Source: a virus
Taxonomy: Duplodnaviria > Caudoviricetes
Reading direction: 5' to 3' (one strand)
Virus record (IMG/VR): IMGVR_UViG_2627853856_000004
Span: 1 to 64,000 of that record
Length of the DNA stretch: 64,000 nucleotides
Shown: positions 10,059 to 20,282 of the stretch, piece after piece
Layout: the number at the start of each line of letters is the position of its first letter
How positions within the stretch are numbered: the first letter of the stretch is position 1
Position numbers and translations under genes: made by a program
Notes under the pieces: generated by a model
What the model saw: the letters and a program-made list of their open reading frames with translations, nothing else
Database searches by the model: none
Told to the model about the DNA's origin: nothing

Positions 10059-12232
10059 CAGTTGTTCCTTTTTGCTGCATCGACGGTCATCACCGCATCG
10101 GACAGGAGGATGCCTGCGCCGCCGCCGCGCCAGCGCATGCGAATTATGAAGGTGACCGGGTAACTGCCCGACGAAAGCGAGACGATCGCACCGGCAACGC
10201 AGGTCGCCTGATAGTCGCCAGCGCCGCCCGACGATCCCATGCCGTATTTCACCCCGTCGATCGTGACCGCGAATTCGTGATCGGGGATTGAGCCTGAGTA
10301 ATTTTGCGCGCCATTGGCCTGAATGATCACCGAAACCGGCTGATCGATGGTCAGGCTGATCGCCGACCCGACGTTGACGAAGGCGCCAGAGCCCGCGACC
10401 GCCGACCCGATCTGCGTTCCCGCCCGCGTCGCGAGCGCGCCGACCTGTACGGCGAGCGAGCCGACCATGTTCGACTTCACCGTGCCGTTGCTGTTCAGGG
10501 CATCGGTGATACGGCCGTCGGTTAATTCGGTCGGCCGACTGTCGACCAGTGACCAGCTCGCCTTCGTGCCGGCAACTTCATCGATCTTGTTGAGCAGGGC
10601 TTGCCGGGCGCTATAAACGTCGTTGAACCGTGTCCGGAACGTACTCGCGACAATCGTCGTGTTGCCGGTGAGGTTGTTCCACGCGACCGCGCTGGTCAGG
10701 CCGCCCAGGTAGCTTGTGAGGGTCGTGACCGCATTGTTGTAGCTGGTGCGCTGGGAGGTGATCCCGTAGGCCAGCGCTTGCGACGATATACCGCTCTGCT
10801 CATTAAGGATCGCGGCATATTCCCTGATAAGGAAAGGCTTCTCACCGGGCGTCAACAGCGCATCGTTCGCGATATCGGCCAAGGTCGCGAGAGCGGCGGT
10901 CAGACCCGGATCGGCAGCCTGATAGAGTGACCAATAGGTGACGTTCGGCGGCGCGTTGCCGGCGGTCGGCGTCGTGCTGACATACAGGTATCGCGCACCG
11001 GTGGTGGGGCTGAAGACTATATGACCTTCGCGATAGGTCTCCCCCGCGTCATAGGTGCCCCGGTCGATCAGCTCGGCCGTGAACGCCACATCGCTCAGCG
11101 CGTGAACTTCCCATGTCCGTTCGGCCTGCACCGCCATGCGCCAATAGGGTTGCCCGACCGCGATCTGCGCGACATCGCCGACCGGCGGCCAAGCGGTGCC
11201 GTCGCTGCGCAGCGTCGTTGCCGGTGCGCCGATCGCGATAGGCACCACAAACAGCTGCCCCATCCACGATACGCCCGCGACCGCATTCACGCTGGCCGCG
11301 ATCCGCTGGATGATGTCGCGCAGCGTCACTTGCTCCGCGAGGTAAATCGACAGGTTCCACGGCCGCGATATGTCGAGCGCATCGACCGATGCTTCCGAGA
11401 CCCGGCTGACAAAACCGCGCAACTCGGCAAGCCGCTTGATCAGCTGGCCCGGCTTGCGCACCCAGCCATCACTGCCGGCGGCATCGCCCCGGAGCATGTA
11501 GCTGGGCAAGCCCTGCAGCGGAGCGCCATGGCGTACAAGGCCGAGGGCGTTGCACGTCGCCCACTTGCCCGGCGGAATGGCGGCCGCGACCAGTGCAGCG
11601 AGGCTGGCATGATTGCCGGTCGCGGCGCCGAAGCGATTGAGCTTTTCGAGCGCGGTATCGATCCCCTGCACCGTGCCATAGCTCGACAGCTGCAGGACGT
11701 TGTTGGCGCTGTCGATCAGCACGCCGGGCGCATAACGTGGCTGGCCCAGGCTGAGCGGCTTCGGCGTTCCCTTCTGCGCCGCCTCGCCCTCGATGCCCGT
11801 CGTGCCGGCGTAGAGGTCGAGCACCGGCGTATCGAGCCAGCGGTCATCTACCGCGAACTCAATCGCCGCCGTCAGTTCGTCGATCCGGGGTTGCCCCGTC
11901 ACGATCCCGTCAAAGCGCTGGGTGAAGCCCGCCCACGCCGCGCCGACCTCGCCCGTCCAGAGCTGCAGCCGGGCATCGGCCAGCGCGAGGCGCGGCAGCG
12001 TGGGGAACGCTTCGGTCATCAGCGTGAGGTTCGATGACGGTGTATCGATTACGCCGTCGAAGCTGCCCGAGAAGAAATCGTACCGCAGCTTCGGTAGCTC
12101 GGCGATGGCCGGCCACCACAGCTGTCCGTTCAGATGACAGACCGCCGGATGATCGTGGCTGGCTGCGCGCAGCGTCACGGTTGCGGCAGCCACCGGATCA
12201 TAGGCGTCGATCTGGATCAGGGTGGCGAGCAT
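10058..12232 (-). CDS. Tail tip / hub protein
   Basis: Large ORF after the distal tail genes; KPLSLG motif. Confidence 0.7.
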   Translation of the reverse strand: MLATLIQIDAYDPVAAATVTLRAASHDHPAVCHLNGQLWWPAIAELPKLRYDFFSGSFDGVIDTPSSNLTLMTEAFPTLPRLALADARLQLWTGEVGAAWAGFTQRFDGIVTGQPRIDELTAAIEFAVDDRWLDTPVLDLYAGTTGIEGEAAQKGTPKPLSLGQPRYAPGVLIDSANNVLQLSSYGTVQGIDTALEKLNRFGAATGNHASLAALVAAAIPPGKWATCNALGLVRHGAPLQGLPSYMLRGDAAGSDGWVRKPGQLIKRLAELRGFVSRVSEASVDALDISRPWNLSIYLAEQVTLRDIIQRIAASVNAVAGVSWMGQLFVVPIAIGAPATTLRSDGTAWPPVGDVAQIAVGQPYWRMAVQAERTWEVHALSDVAFTAELIDRGTYDAGETYREGHIVFSPTTGARYLYVSTTPTAGNAPPNVTYWSLYQAADPGLTAALATLADIANDALLTPGEKPFLIREYAAILNEQSGISSQALAYGITSQRTSYNNAVTTLTSYLGGLTSAVAWNNLTGNTTIVASTFRTRFNDVYSARQALLNKIDEVAGTKASWSLVDSRPTELTDGRITDALNSNGTVKSNMVGSLAVQVGALATRAGTQIGSAVAGSGAFVNVGSAISLTIDQPVSVIIQANGAQNYSGSIPDHEFAVTIDGVKYGMGSSGGAGDYQATCVAGAIVSLSSGSYPVTFIIRMRWRGGGAGILLSDAVMTVDAAKRNN

Positions 12233-13029
12233 CAGATCAGGCTCACCATGTTGAACCCCGACTGCCACGCATCGGCCTTGCGCCACACGGCATTGATCTC
12301 ACCGACGCAGAAGCCGAAATAGGCCCGACGCTGGCGCATCGCATGCTCGGCAGGGTCGGTGATAACCGCCAGCATGTCGGTGTTGCCGAGCGCTTCGATC
12401 AGCGGCAGCACGGCGGCTTCGGCTTCGCTCTTGTGGATCGACTGGAAGGTTAGCCCGAGCGTGCGTAACTTCTTGCCACGCGCCCGCTTCAGCACGCCGA
12501 GCCGGCTCAAGTCGATCGAACCCGTGTCGCGAATCCCGAAGGCGGCGGGGAACGAGAAATTGCGGGCGAGAGGCACGGCAGCACCCAGCACCACGCGCCC
12601 GATCGTCGCCTGCCCACCGGCCAGACCAGCGATCGTGAACCGCCAGTAGCGGGACGCCGGCGGCGGACTTGCCGGCGCCTGCCACAGCGCGACGCCTCGA
12701 TCGTTTTTCGGCATCTCGCTGCCGGCAAGAAACGGCAGCGTTGCCCCCACCCATGCGCCGCCGGGAAAGCCCGAGCCAAGAGCGGCCGTGCTTGCCTCGA
12801 CCTTCAGCGTCATGGTGCCCGTCGCGCCGTCGCAGCCGAACAGCATGGCCGTATCGCACAACACGTCCGCGCCCATATCGACGGTCAACGTTGCCGAGCT
12901 GCCCGCCGTGCTCTTCCAGACGATGCCCATATAGTCGTTGCCGACATAGGCCGGATCGTAGCCGGGCGCGGTTCCGCTGGCCGTCGCCGACGATATCGGC
13001 TCCGGCTTCAAAATCAGGACATTCGACAT
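12232..13029 (-). CDS. Distal tail-like protein
   Basis: Position after the TMP; SRYWRFTI, IGRVVLG. Confidence 0.6.
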   Translation of the reverse strand: MSNVLILKPEPISSATASGTAPGYDPAYVGNDYMGIVWKSTAGSSATLTVDMGADVLCDTAMLFGCDGATGTMTLKVEASTAALGSGFPGGAWVGATLPFLAGSEMPKNDRGVALWQAPASPPPASRYWRFTIAGLAGGQATIGRVVLGAAVPLARNFSFPAAFGIRDTGSIDLSRLGVLKRARGKKLRTLGLTFQSIHKSEAEAAVLPLIEALGNTDMLAVITDPAEHAMRQRRAYFGFCVGEINAVWRKADAWQSGFNMVSLI

Positions 13030-13032
13030 GCG

Positions 13033-13395
13033 CTATCCGAACAGTTCGAGGTTGGTTGCTTCGTCTTCGAGATCGATCTCGAACCGGGCCGGGATGCAGG
13101 CCATGTTGGCGGCCTGATCGGAGTCGACCAGCTGATAGGTGGGCAGCCCGGTGGTCGGGTCGATCCACAGCACATCCTGCACCGGCACCGTGAAACGGCG
13201 GCGCTCGACGCCAAGCAGCGCGCCGCGCTGATCGATGGCGGCCTGCGCGTCGGCCTGCGTATCGAAGAAGCCCTCGGCCGGCGGCGAGCCTTGGTCGCGC
13301 GCGCCGGGATAGCGCGTCTTGATCGTCGCGCTCTGCCAGGTGAGATTGACCGCTTCGCGCGATGCCGCGGCGATGTCGGACGGCAACGCAGCCAT
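13033..13395 (-). CDS. Tail protein
   Basis: Coupled to the TMP stop. Confidence 0.55.
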   Translation of the reverse strand: MAALPSDIAAASREAVNLTWQSATIKTRYPGARDQGSPPAEGFFDTQADAQAAIDQRGALLGVERRRFTVPVQDVLWIDPTTGLPTYQLVDSDQAANMACIPARFEIDLEDEATNLELFG

Positions 13396-16300
13396 CAGCC
13401 GAACTGCCTCATGCCGCCGAGGAAGCCTGTCCCGCCATTGGCCCGCAACGCCGCGAGAATGCCGTCAAGCGTGCCCTGCTGCGTCGCCGTCTGCTGGCTG
13501 ATTTGCGACAGCAGATCGACGCTCGCCTGCGTCGCGGTCGATATCTTCTCGGCGAACGGATCGCTGGCAGGGCCGCCGATCGGAACGGCATTGTCGATCG
13601 CCGCGATGGCCTTGGTGGTCGCCGCCTGGATCTGATCGAACGCCGCGAAGAAGTTGCTGGTCGAACCATATAGCTGCCGCTCGATATCGAGATAGGTCTG
13701 CGCGGCCGCCTGATAGGCCGATTGGTCGATGCTCGAACCCGCATTGATCTTGTCGAGGAACGGCTTGAGCGCCGCTTCGGCCATCGCCTCCTGATCGCGC
13801 AGCGACAGTGGCGACGCGGAGCCCATCCCGAGCGCCTGCAGGAAGTCCTTCAGATCGGCCGAAGCCGCGCGCGTCGTATTCTTCACCTCGTCCAGTTCGA
13901 GATTATAGAGCTTCTGCGCTTCCGCCATCTGCTCGGCCGAGGCGCCGCCCTCGCGAAGCGCGTCGACGGTCCGTTCCCACTTGTCGTTGAGCGCATCGAT
14001 CGCCGCGCCGAGTGGATCGAGCCGGGCTTTGAGGCTCTTCGGCACACCTTCGATCAGGCCGGCCTTCATCACCGCGTCTTCCAAGTCCTGATCGGATTTC
14101 AGGATATTCTTTGCCGCCTGCGAAATCCCGTCGATCACCGCGCCCGACAGCATCTGCTTGATCGCATATTCGATCGCCGCCTGCTGATCGTCGTCGAACT
14201 CCATCGCGCCCTTGGCGATCTTGAGCGAGGTGCCGCCGGTGTTCACGCGATAGTCGCCGTGACGCTGGCCGATCGTGATATCCGGGGCGCTCAACAGATT
14301 GCCGCCCAGCTGCTCGATGATCGATTCGAGGCTGCCAACCACGGAAGACGCGCTCGCGCTAGCTGCCTTCTTCGCGCTGCCGCTGTTGCCCGTCGCATCG
14401 CCCGCCGACAGCGCGCCATCCTTGAAGGATATCGTGGATGCGCCCCATTTCACTTTCGTAAAGGCGCTCCCCAGTGCCGAACCGAGCAGGCCGCCGGCGA
14501 TTGAGCCGAGCGGACCGGCGAAGCCCGCAAGCTTGCCGAGCGACTTGCCCATGGACTTGCCAAGCATTTCGCCGGCTTTCTCGCCCAGCGCCCCGCCAGC
14601 CATGCCGCCAAACTGCGACGCTTTCGACGACCCGATAAGGCCGCCGGCCTGCGCGCCGAGAGCAGCGCCCGCGAGCATGCGCCCGATCGACTGCGTGAAC
14701 TCGCCCGACAGACCGAAGATGCCGCCAATGGTTTTGTCGAGCTTGCCGACCGACTCTGCCGTTTCGCCATCCTTTCCGGCAATGCCGCTATTCTTCCAGA
14801 TGCTCCCGCCCTTCGTAAGCATATCGAGATAGGGCGAGGTCGAACGCCCACCGCCGGCAACGGAGAATAGATCGCCGATCAGCTTGCCTGCCTTGCCGCC
14901 GATCAGGTCGGTCATGATATCGGCGACATCCTCGACGGCGCGCTTGTTCACGTCCTTCCAATAGTCGGCCGTTTCGCGGATTGCGGCACGCTGCGCCTCG
15001 CCGATGTCCTGCGCCTCGCTCGCGCGTGTCGTCAGGTCGCCCGTCCCCAGCTGGGCCTTCACGGCGGCTGCCAGCTTCCCGTCCGGGTCCATGCCCGCGA
15101 CCTGCACGTTGAGCTTGAGCCGGCTTGCCTCGGCCGGGCCGATGGTGCCCTTGCTCTGCAGATGGTCGATCTCGCGCAGCGCCTCGACATATTCCCATGT
15201 CGCGGTGGAGACGCTGCCATATTTGTCCCGCAGCGAGTCGAGGCTGCTCGTCAGGTCGCTGGCTGTCTTTTCGGCCTCGCGCTCTGCATCGGACTGCGCC
15301 TTGGTGGCGGCCTTCTTCGCCGCCTCGGCCGCGCGATCCTTCTTTCGCTGCGCCTCGGCGGACGCGTAGGCGCGTCCGGCTGCCCCTTCTGCGATCATAT
15401 CGCCGAGCGACGTGAAACCGGGCCGGCTGTCGAGGTCGCGCATCGTGTCGCGCATCTCGCGCGGTTTGGGAGCTGGCGTGCCCGGCGTGAGATATTCGAC
15501 CGTCGCGTCAAAGATATCGCGTGCGGATTTAGCGTTGGTGTAGCCGTCCGCCAGCCTTCCAACCGAGTCCGCGAGACGGTCCACCGCGTCGCGCGACGCG
15601 TCATATGTGCCGGTGCTGGTCGCAAGCCCACGCGTTGCGTCGCCGACCGCATCCCCCAAGCGGAAGAACGCGCCCGACAGGCCTTCCCCGTCTTCCTTCT
15701 TGTTGCCGCCGACGCTGCCGGCGAGCGCATCGAGCAGGGCTTGCTGCGCTTCAGCCGTTTTGCCCATCTCAGCGAGATTGCCGATGGTGGTCAGCGTCTC
15801 GACGCCGAGGAACTTGAACCCCTTCGACAGCCCCGTCACCTCGCCCTGCGCGAGGTTCTGCAGCACCGTGCCGACCTTCTCCACATTCGATGTGAGATCG
15901 CCGCCATAGACCGCCGACAGATCGGCTGCGCTCTCGATCGCCCGCTTGAAGGTCGATCCGGCTACACCGTCGAAAGAGGCCAGGACCTGTTCGGCCTTCA
16001 TGATCTCTTCCGCCGGCGTCGCCCAAACACCTTCCATGTCGTTGGCGAAGCCGACCAGCTCATCGCGCGCCATACCGGTGTTGTTGCCGGTCGCCTTCAG
16101 GACGGCATCGATCCCGCGCACCGCCCGCTCATAGGTCTCGGCCTCGGCGATTCCGTTCATCATCGCGAGCGTCACGGCGCCGAGGCCGGCGGCCGTGATG
16201 AGCGCCGTACCCGAAAGCCCCGTCAATGCACCGCCCAGGACAGGCACCCGCGATGCTGCCTGCTGCAGTCCGCCGCCGATGCCATCGCTCAGGTTCCGGC

Positions 16301-16424
16301 CGATGACGCTGCCCGTGCTGCCGAAGCGGCGCTCCGCATCGCCGAGCGTGCGGCCCAGCTCCGCCGAGAAGTTCTGGCCGTTCATCTTCAGGCGGGCAAC
16401 AATATCCATGCGTACCGGCTCCAA
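13395..16424 (-). CDS. Tape measure protein (prophage 1)
   Basis: 1009 aa, Ala/Gly-rich and helical, in the tail operon. Confidence 0.9.
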   Translation of the reverse strand: MEPVRMDIVARLKMNGQNFSAELGRTLGDAERRFGSTGSVIGRNLSDGIGGGLQQAASRVPVLGGALTGLSGTALITAAGLGAVTLAMMNGIAEAETYERAVRGIDAVLKATGNNTGMARDELVGFANDMEGVWATPAEEIMKAEQVLASFDGVAGSTFKRAIESAADLSAVYGGDLTSNVEKVGTVLQNLAQGEVTGLSKGFKFLGVETLTTIGNLAEMGKTAEAQQALLDALAGSVGGNKKEDGEGLSGAFFRLGDAVGDATRGLATSTGTYDASRDAVDRLADSVGRLADGYTNAKSARDIFDATVEYLTPGTPAPKPREMRDTMRDLDSRPGFTSLGDMIAEGAAGRAYASAEAQRKKDRAAEAAKKAATKAQSDAEREAEKTASDLTSSLDSLRDKYGSVSTATWEYVEALREIDHLQSKGTIGPAEASRLKLNVQVAGMDPDGKLAAAVKAQLGTGDLTTRASEAQDIGEAQRAAIRETADYWKDVNKRAVEDVADIMTDLIGGKAGKLIGDLFSVAGGGRSTSPYLDMLTKGGSIWKNSGIAGKDGETAESVGKLDKTIGGIFGLSGEFTQSIGRMLAGAALGAQAGGLIGSSKASQFGGMAGGALGEKAGEMLGKSMGKSLGKLAGFAGPLGSIAGGLLGSALGSAFTKVKWGASTISFKDGALSAGDATGNSGSAKKAASASASSVVGSLESIIEQLGGNLLSAPDITIGQRHGDYRVNTGGTSLKIAKGAMEFDDDQQAAIEYAIKQMLSGAVIDGISQAAKNILKSDQDLEDAVMKAGLIEGVPKSLKARLDPLGAAIDALNDKWERTVDALREGGASAEQMAEAQKLYNLELDEVKNTTRAASADLKDFLQALGMGSASPLSLRDQEAMAEAALKPFLDKINAGSSIDQSAYQAAAQTYLDIERQLYGSTSNFFAAFDQIQAATTKAIAAIDNAVPIGGPASDPFAEKISTATQASVDLLSQISQQTATQQGTLDGILAALRANGGTGFLGGMRQFG

Positions 16425-16425
16425 T

Positions 16426-16454
16426 GAAAAGGGCGCCGGTTTCCCGACGCCCTT
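16426..16454. terminator. Hairpin with A-tract (terminator-like on the minus strand)
   Basis: AAAAGGGCG-CCGGTTTCCCGA-CGCCCTT. Confidence 0.45.
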
Positions 16455-16500
16455 CGTAGTGCTAACTCCCTCGGGTCACTGACCGGGGAGAGGTCTAACT

Positions 16501-16692
16501 ATGCGCGTCGTTTTCCACGTCCTGATCGCCATCTCTTGCCTGATCGGCGGCCTTGCTCTGCTGCTCGCCGGTTTCAGCGGCGCAATGTCGGCAGTCCAGC
16601 AAGCAGCGATTGCGGCCATGGTCTCCGCCTGGGTGATCATCTTCCACGTTGTCAGTTCGATGCTCGATCGCCGGTTCATCGCCGAGGGCTGA
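16501..16692 (+). CDS. Small two-TM moron protein, antisense to the tail operon
   Basis: RBS GGAGAGG; 63 aa hydrophobic; fills the gap exactly. Confidence 0.65.
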   Translation: MRVVFHVLIAISCLIGGLALLLAGFSGAMSAVQQAAIAAMVSAWVIIFHVVSSMLDRRFIAEG

Positions 16693-17412
16693 TCAGCCGA
16701 TCTTACCGCGCACCTCATCTCGCGCGGCCATGATCATCCGCGACTGCTGATCGAACACTTGGGCCATCCGGCTGCCCGATCCGCGCATCACGCTCTCGAC
16801 CGAGAACTTCTGCTGGAAGGCGAAGGGCGCAACCAGCACGAAGATCGGCACGGACATTTCGCCGCGCTGATAACCGCGCTTCGCATCGGCCGCCGTGCGC
16901 TTGCGGGTGATGGTCCGATAGCTGCCGCTGCGGGCGTTCAACGTCCCCTTCGCCACCAGCAGCGCCGGCTTGTTCCCACCGCGATACACATATTGCAGGC
17001 GTTGCCCGTTCTGGCGCTCCCACTCGCCCGGCGTCAGATCGCGCGTGCGGCCGCGCGATCCGGCAGCGGGCAGCGGGATCGCGAGATATCCGCCCGTCTT
17101 GGAGGTGACCGTCCCGCGTCCCGTCAGAAACTCGATCGCGCCGCGCGTCCGCTCACCGCCATTGACGTAGATGAACCCGGCCGGCTCGCGGGCAATCTGG
17201 CGCTTGCCCTTCGGGCGGACATCCGAAGCCCATGCACGCCAGAGCTTCCCCCGCGCCGCGACCTCCGTCGCGCGCTCCAACTCTTTTTCATATTCGCGGG
17301 TGACGATCGTGACCGTCTCTTTGGCCGCGTACAGCATCCCCCGGATCGTCGCCTCGCGGGCATCGCGCAGGGCCGGGGCATCAAGCACCAGGTCGGCAAA
17401 TCTATCCGCCAT
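16693..17412 (-). CDS. DUF6441-like tail/neck protein
   Basis: YLAIPLPAAG and VPIFVLV motifs. Confidence 0.7.
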   Translation of the reverse strand: MADRFADLVLDAPALRDAREATIRGMLYAAKETVTIVTREYEKELERATEVAARGKLWRAWASDVRPKGKRQIAREPAGFIYVNGGERTRGAIEFLTGRGTVTSKTGGYLAIPLPAAGSRGRTRDLTPGEWERQNGQRLQYVYRGGNKPALLVAKGTLNARSGSYRTITRKRTAADAKRGYQRGEMSVPIFVLVAPFAFQQKFSVESVMRGSGSRMAQVFDQQSRMIMAARDEVRGKIG

Positions 17413-17689
17413 CCTGCAGCATCCCGTCGAGAAGAGTGAAGGCTTCCATCAATCCCGCCGGCTGATCGGCCGGCCCGCCGGAGCAGGGCAAAGGGCGGCC
17501 GGAATAGATACCCGCCTGGGCGCGGCAAAAGCGCCAGAGATCGACCACGCCCCATATCCATTGCGGGACGATCAGGCGGGGGTTTTCGCTCCACGCTTCA
17601 CCGCCGATGAGCCACCCTTTTTCGATCGTGCGCCCGAAGTCGAAATCGGCCGGGCGTCGGCGGACTTCGAGGGCGCCACGAAGTTTTTT
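17402..17689 (-). CDS. -1 frameshift extension of the tail assembly chaperone (gpGT-like)
   Basis: Slippery A AAA AAC (17683..17689) opens a stop-free frame ending LPCSGGPADQPAGLMEAFTLLDGMLQDGG*. Confidence 0.8.
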   Translation of the reverse strand, partial: KKLRGALEVRRRPADFDFGRTIEKGWLIGGEAWSENPRLIVPQWIWGVVDLWRFCRAQAGIYSGRPLPCSGGPADQPAGLMEAFTLLDGMLQDGG

Positions 17690-18255
17690 AGCTGCGTGCC
17701 CGCCTGCAGCATCGCATAGGCTTCGCGCCCCGCGAACTTCATGAGCAACGACGGGATCGAGCCGGCAGCCGGCAGCGTCACCAGCCTGTCAGGACCCGCC
17801 GCATAGGGCAGGGCTTCGGGGAGATTTTCCCATCCGACGCAGAAACGACGGAAGGCCAGCAGCGGCACCAGCTGGTGCCGCCGATTATACTGCGCGACCA
17901 GGGCGCGATATTCCGGCCAGTGTTCGGTCAGGACCTCGCGCGCCACGGCGAGCTTCTGACGCTCATCGGGCGGCAGGACCGCATCGCCTTCAAGCGCCTG
18001 TTCGGCCGCCGCGAGCGCGAGCCACTCGTCCCGGCCGGGATCATCGCCCATCAGCGTCACGATACCGTCGTTGAACGCCCGCATCAGATCTCCGCCGAAA
18101 ACATGGCCGGCGCGATATTCGCCGGCCAGTTCGGCTTCGAGCAGATCCCGCTCGATGACGGTGCCGGGGCGGAGATAGAAGGCCGGCGACGTCTCATCGC
18201 CTTGGTCGAAACAGGCCGGCACATAGCGCACCGGCGTGGTGGATGTTGGGATCAT
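17572..18255 (-). CDS. Tail assembly chaperone (gpG-like)
   Basis: Follows the tail tube gene; VGWEN motif; slippery site near its end. Confidence 0.8.
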   Translation of the reverse strand: MIPTSTTPVRYVPACFDQGDETSPAFYLRPGTVIERDLLEAELAGEYRAGHVFGGDLMRAFNDGIVTLMGDDPGRDEWLALAAAEQALEGDAVLPPDERQKLAVAREVLTEHWPEYRALVAQYNRRHQLVPLLAFRRFCVGWENLPEALPYAAGPDRLVTLPAAGSIPSLLMKFAGREAYAMLQAGTQLKNFVAPSKSADARPISTSGARSKKGGSSAVKRGAKTPA

Positions 18256-18304
18256 GTCAGTGCCCTGTTGGGGCGGCAGGCCCGGCCCGCCGCCCGCGCG
18301 TCGA

Positions 18305-19534
18305 TCAATAGAAGCAGATCACCATGTCGGTGTTCCGGTCCTGCGCATCGCGCCCGCTGCCGAGCAGGCGATATTCGTTCTGCTCCGACCGCATCTTCTG
18401 CCGCTCGCTCGGCTGACTGCCCGTCGTCTGCACCTTCGGCAGGGTGATGGCGATCCGGTTGCCGGCGGCGCCGAGGAAGCGGATCGCTCCGGTAAACTGC
18501 GTGCCAGCGGCAAGATCGGCCAGCGTGTCGCGTACCGCCACGTGCGTCCCCAGCGGGTCGCAGCTCAGCATCGGAGTGCGGCCGCCAATCACGCCCGGCC
18601 CGAAGCCATAAGGCGTGTTCGGATCGTCCGGGCTGGTGAGATCGCCGCCGGTCTTGATGCTGAAATTGCTGATCGGCAGGGACGTGCGCTTGAGCGAGAA
18701 AGCCGGGCTGATGCCGCTCGGTCCGCGCACCAGCGTCGGTGCGCTGTGGCCGGGATATGCGATATCATCTGGGATAGCGACATCGGTGCGGCCCCGGAAA
18801 ATCCCGCGCAGCTTGAACGTAGCGAAGCCCGGCTTGGCTGTGTTGGCGGACAATTCGTCCATGACAGCACGGCAACCCGTGAACTTCAGCAGCGCGCCAT
18901 CCTCGTAGATGTACAGCGTGCCCGAAGGATGGTCTGCCGCGCGATCCGCCACGCCCTGCGGCGAGGTGCCGGCATAGGTCCAGTTTGCAGGCAGCGCTGC
19001 GCTGCTGTCCGTCGCCAGCGGCGCGCCGAACAGATCGGTGAGCGTTGCCACCTTGCCGGCGGAATAGGCGGTGATCAGCGCGATTGCCCCCGCCGAAGCG
19101 CCGCTCATCAACAGCGGCATACCGACATAGGCGTTGACCGTGGTGTTGAAGCCGGTGCCAAGCGTCGCCGAGCTGGTCGTGCCGCCGGTAAGGGCCGCCG
19201 CCGCGATGGCCGCCGTGAACAAGCCGCGCATGCCCGCGATCGTGAACAGCGCGTGATGCGGAGGCTTGACCAGCGACGTGTATGTGGCGGCCGCACCTTT
19301 CAGCCGCACGCGGATCGAGATATCCGCCGGCTGCCCGATGATCAGCGGCGCACCCGCCACCATGTCGCCGGTCGCCTCGTTCGAGTCTTCGCTGGTGAAC
19401 GGGCTGTTGTAGCTATAGCCGTCCGTCTCGAACGGGAAGGCATCGACGGCCGCCGGGGCGGCATCAACGTCTTCGGTCGTTTCGACCTTCAGCAACATCG
19501 CGACGTTGGAAATGCGGATGATGGATTCGGCCAT
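18305..19534 (-). CDS. Major tail tube protein
   Basis: Position; LLKVETT start, FTGCR motif. Confidence 0.8.
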   Translation of the reverse strand: MAESIIRISNVAMLLKVETTEDVDAAPAAVDAFPFETDGYSYNSPFTSEDSNEATGDMVAGAPLIIGQPADISIRVRLKGAAATYTSLVKPPHHALFTIAGMRGLFTAAIAAAALTGGTTSSATLGTGFNTTVNAYVGMPLLMSGASAGAIALITAYSAGKVATLTDLFGAPLATDSSAALPANWTYAGTSPQGVADRAADHPSGTLYIYEDGALLKFTGCRAVMDELSANTAKPGFATFKLRGIFRGRTDVAIPDDIAYPGHSAPTLVRGPSGISPAFSLKRTSLPISNFSIKTGGDLTSPDDPNTPYGFGPGVIGGRTPMLSCDPLGTHVAVRDTLADLAAGTQFTGAIRFLGAAGNRIAITLPKVQTTGSQPSERQKMRSEQNEYRLLGSGRDAQDRNTDMVICFY

Positions 19535-19548
19535 GACGGCGCTCCTTT

Positions 19549-19977
19549 CTACTGACTCGCGGGATCGCCGCGCCGGGTGGTGAAGATGATGGTGAACGCC
19601 TTCTTGAAGCCCTTGCGCGGCTTGGAGGCGAGCTGGGCCGTGTAGCGTTTGAGCGGCCCTTCCTCGAACCGTTCGGCCAGGCCGTCGATCGGGGGTTCCT
19701 GCATCAGCGCCTGCACGACGGCGGCGTGGATTTCATTCAGCTCGGCCGAGACCTCGCTGCCATGATAGCCCTCGGCATAACATTCGATGTCGAGCGACAT
19801 CGCGTAACGGGTGATCCCGGACTCTTCTTCCAGCGGATCGTCGCCATTGTCCGTCATGCTGAGCGCGGGAAAGTTGGTGGGATCGGCCGAAGGGTCCCGC
19901 TCATATTCGGCGATTCCGGGGATCGACTGCAGGCGCTGATCGAGGATCGCGGCGATGCGCTCGCGGACCGCCGTCAT
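19549..19977 (-). CDS. Tail terminator-like protein
   Basis: MTAVRERI... start; position. Confidence 0.7.
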   Translation of the reverse strand: MTAVRERIAAILDQRLQSIPGIAEYERDPSADPTNFPALSMTDNGDDPLEEESGITRYAMSLDIECYAEGYHGSEVSAELNEIHAAVVQALMQEPPIDGLAERFEEGPLKRYTAQLASKPRKGFKKAFTIIFTTRRGDPASQ

Positions 19978-20282
19978 CGCGCCTGCTCCACGATCGCAAA
20001 CCATGCATCAACCGGATCGCGATCGGTCACGTCCTGCACGCGCCAGAGCTGGCGGCCGTCGTCGATCGTGTCGCCCTTTTCCGGCCGCCTGGGCAGGGAG
20101 ACGCGCTTGATCTCGAAGCCGATCATGGTGACGGTTGCGCCCGGTCCCATGAACGGCTCGCCGGGCATATCCTCGCGGATCGCCGAGATGGGATCGTTGA
20201 GCGCGATCCCGCTCCCCGCATAAGTGACGGACACGGCAAACGCCGCGTCGATCGCCGCAGATGCCGTGTCCCAGATACTCAC
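19974..20282 (-). CDS. Head-tail joining protein (gpFII-like)
   Basis: PEKGDTI motif; position. Confidence 0.7.
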   Translation of the reverse strand: MSIWDTASAAIDAAFAVSVTYAGSGIALNDPISAIREDMPGEPFMGPGATVTMIGFEIKRVSLPRRPEKGDTIDDGRQLWRVQDVTDRDPVDAWFAIVEQAR

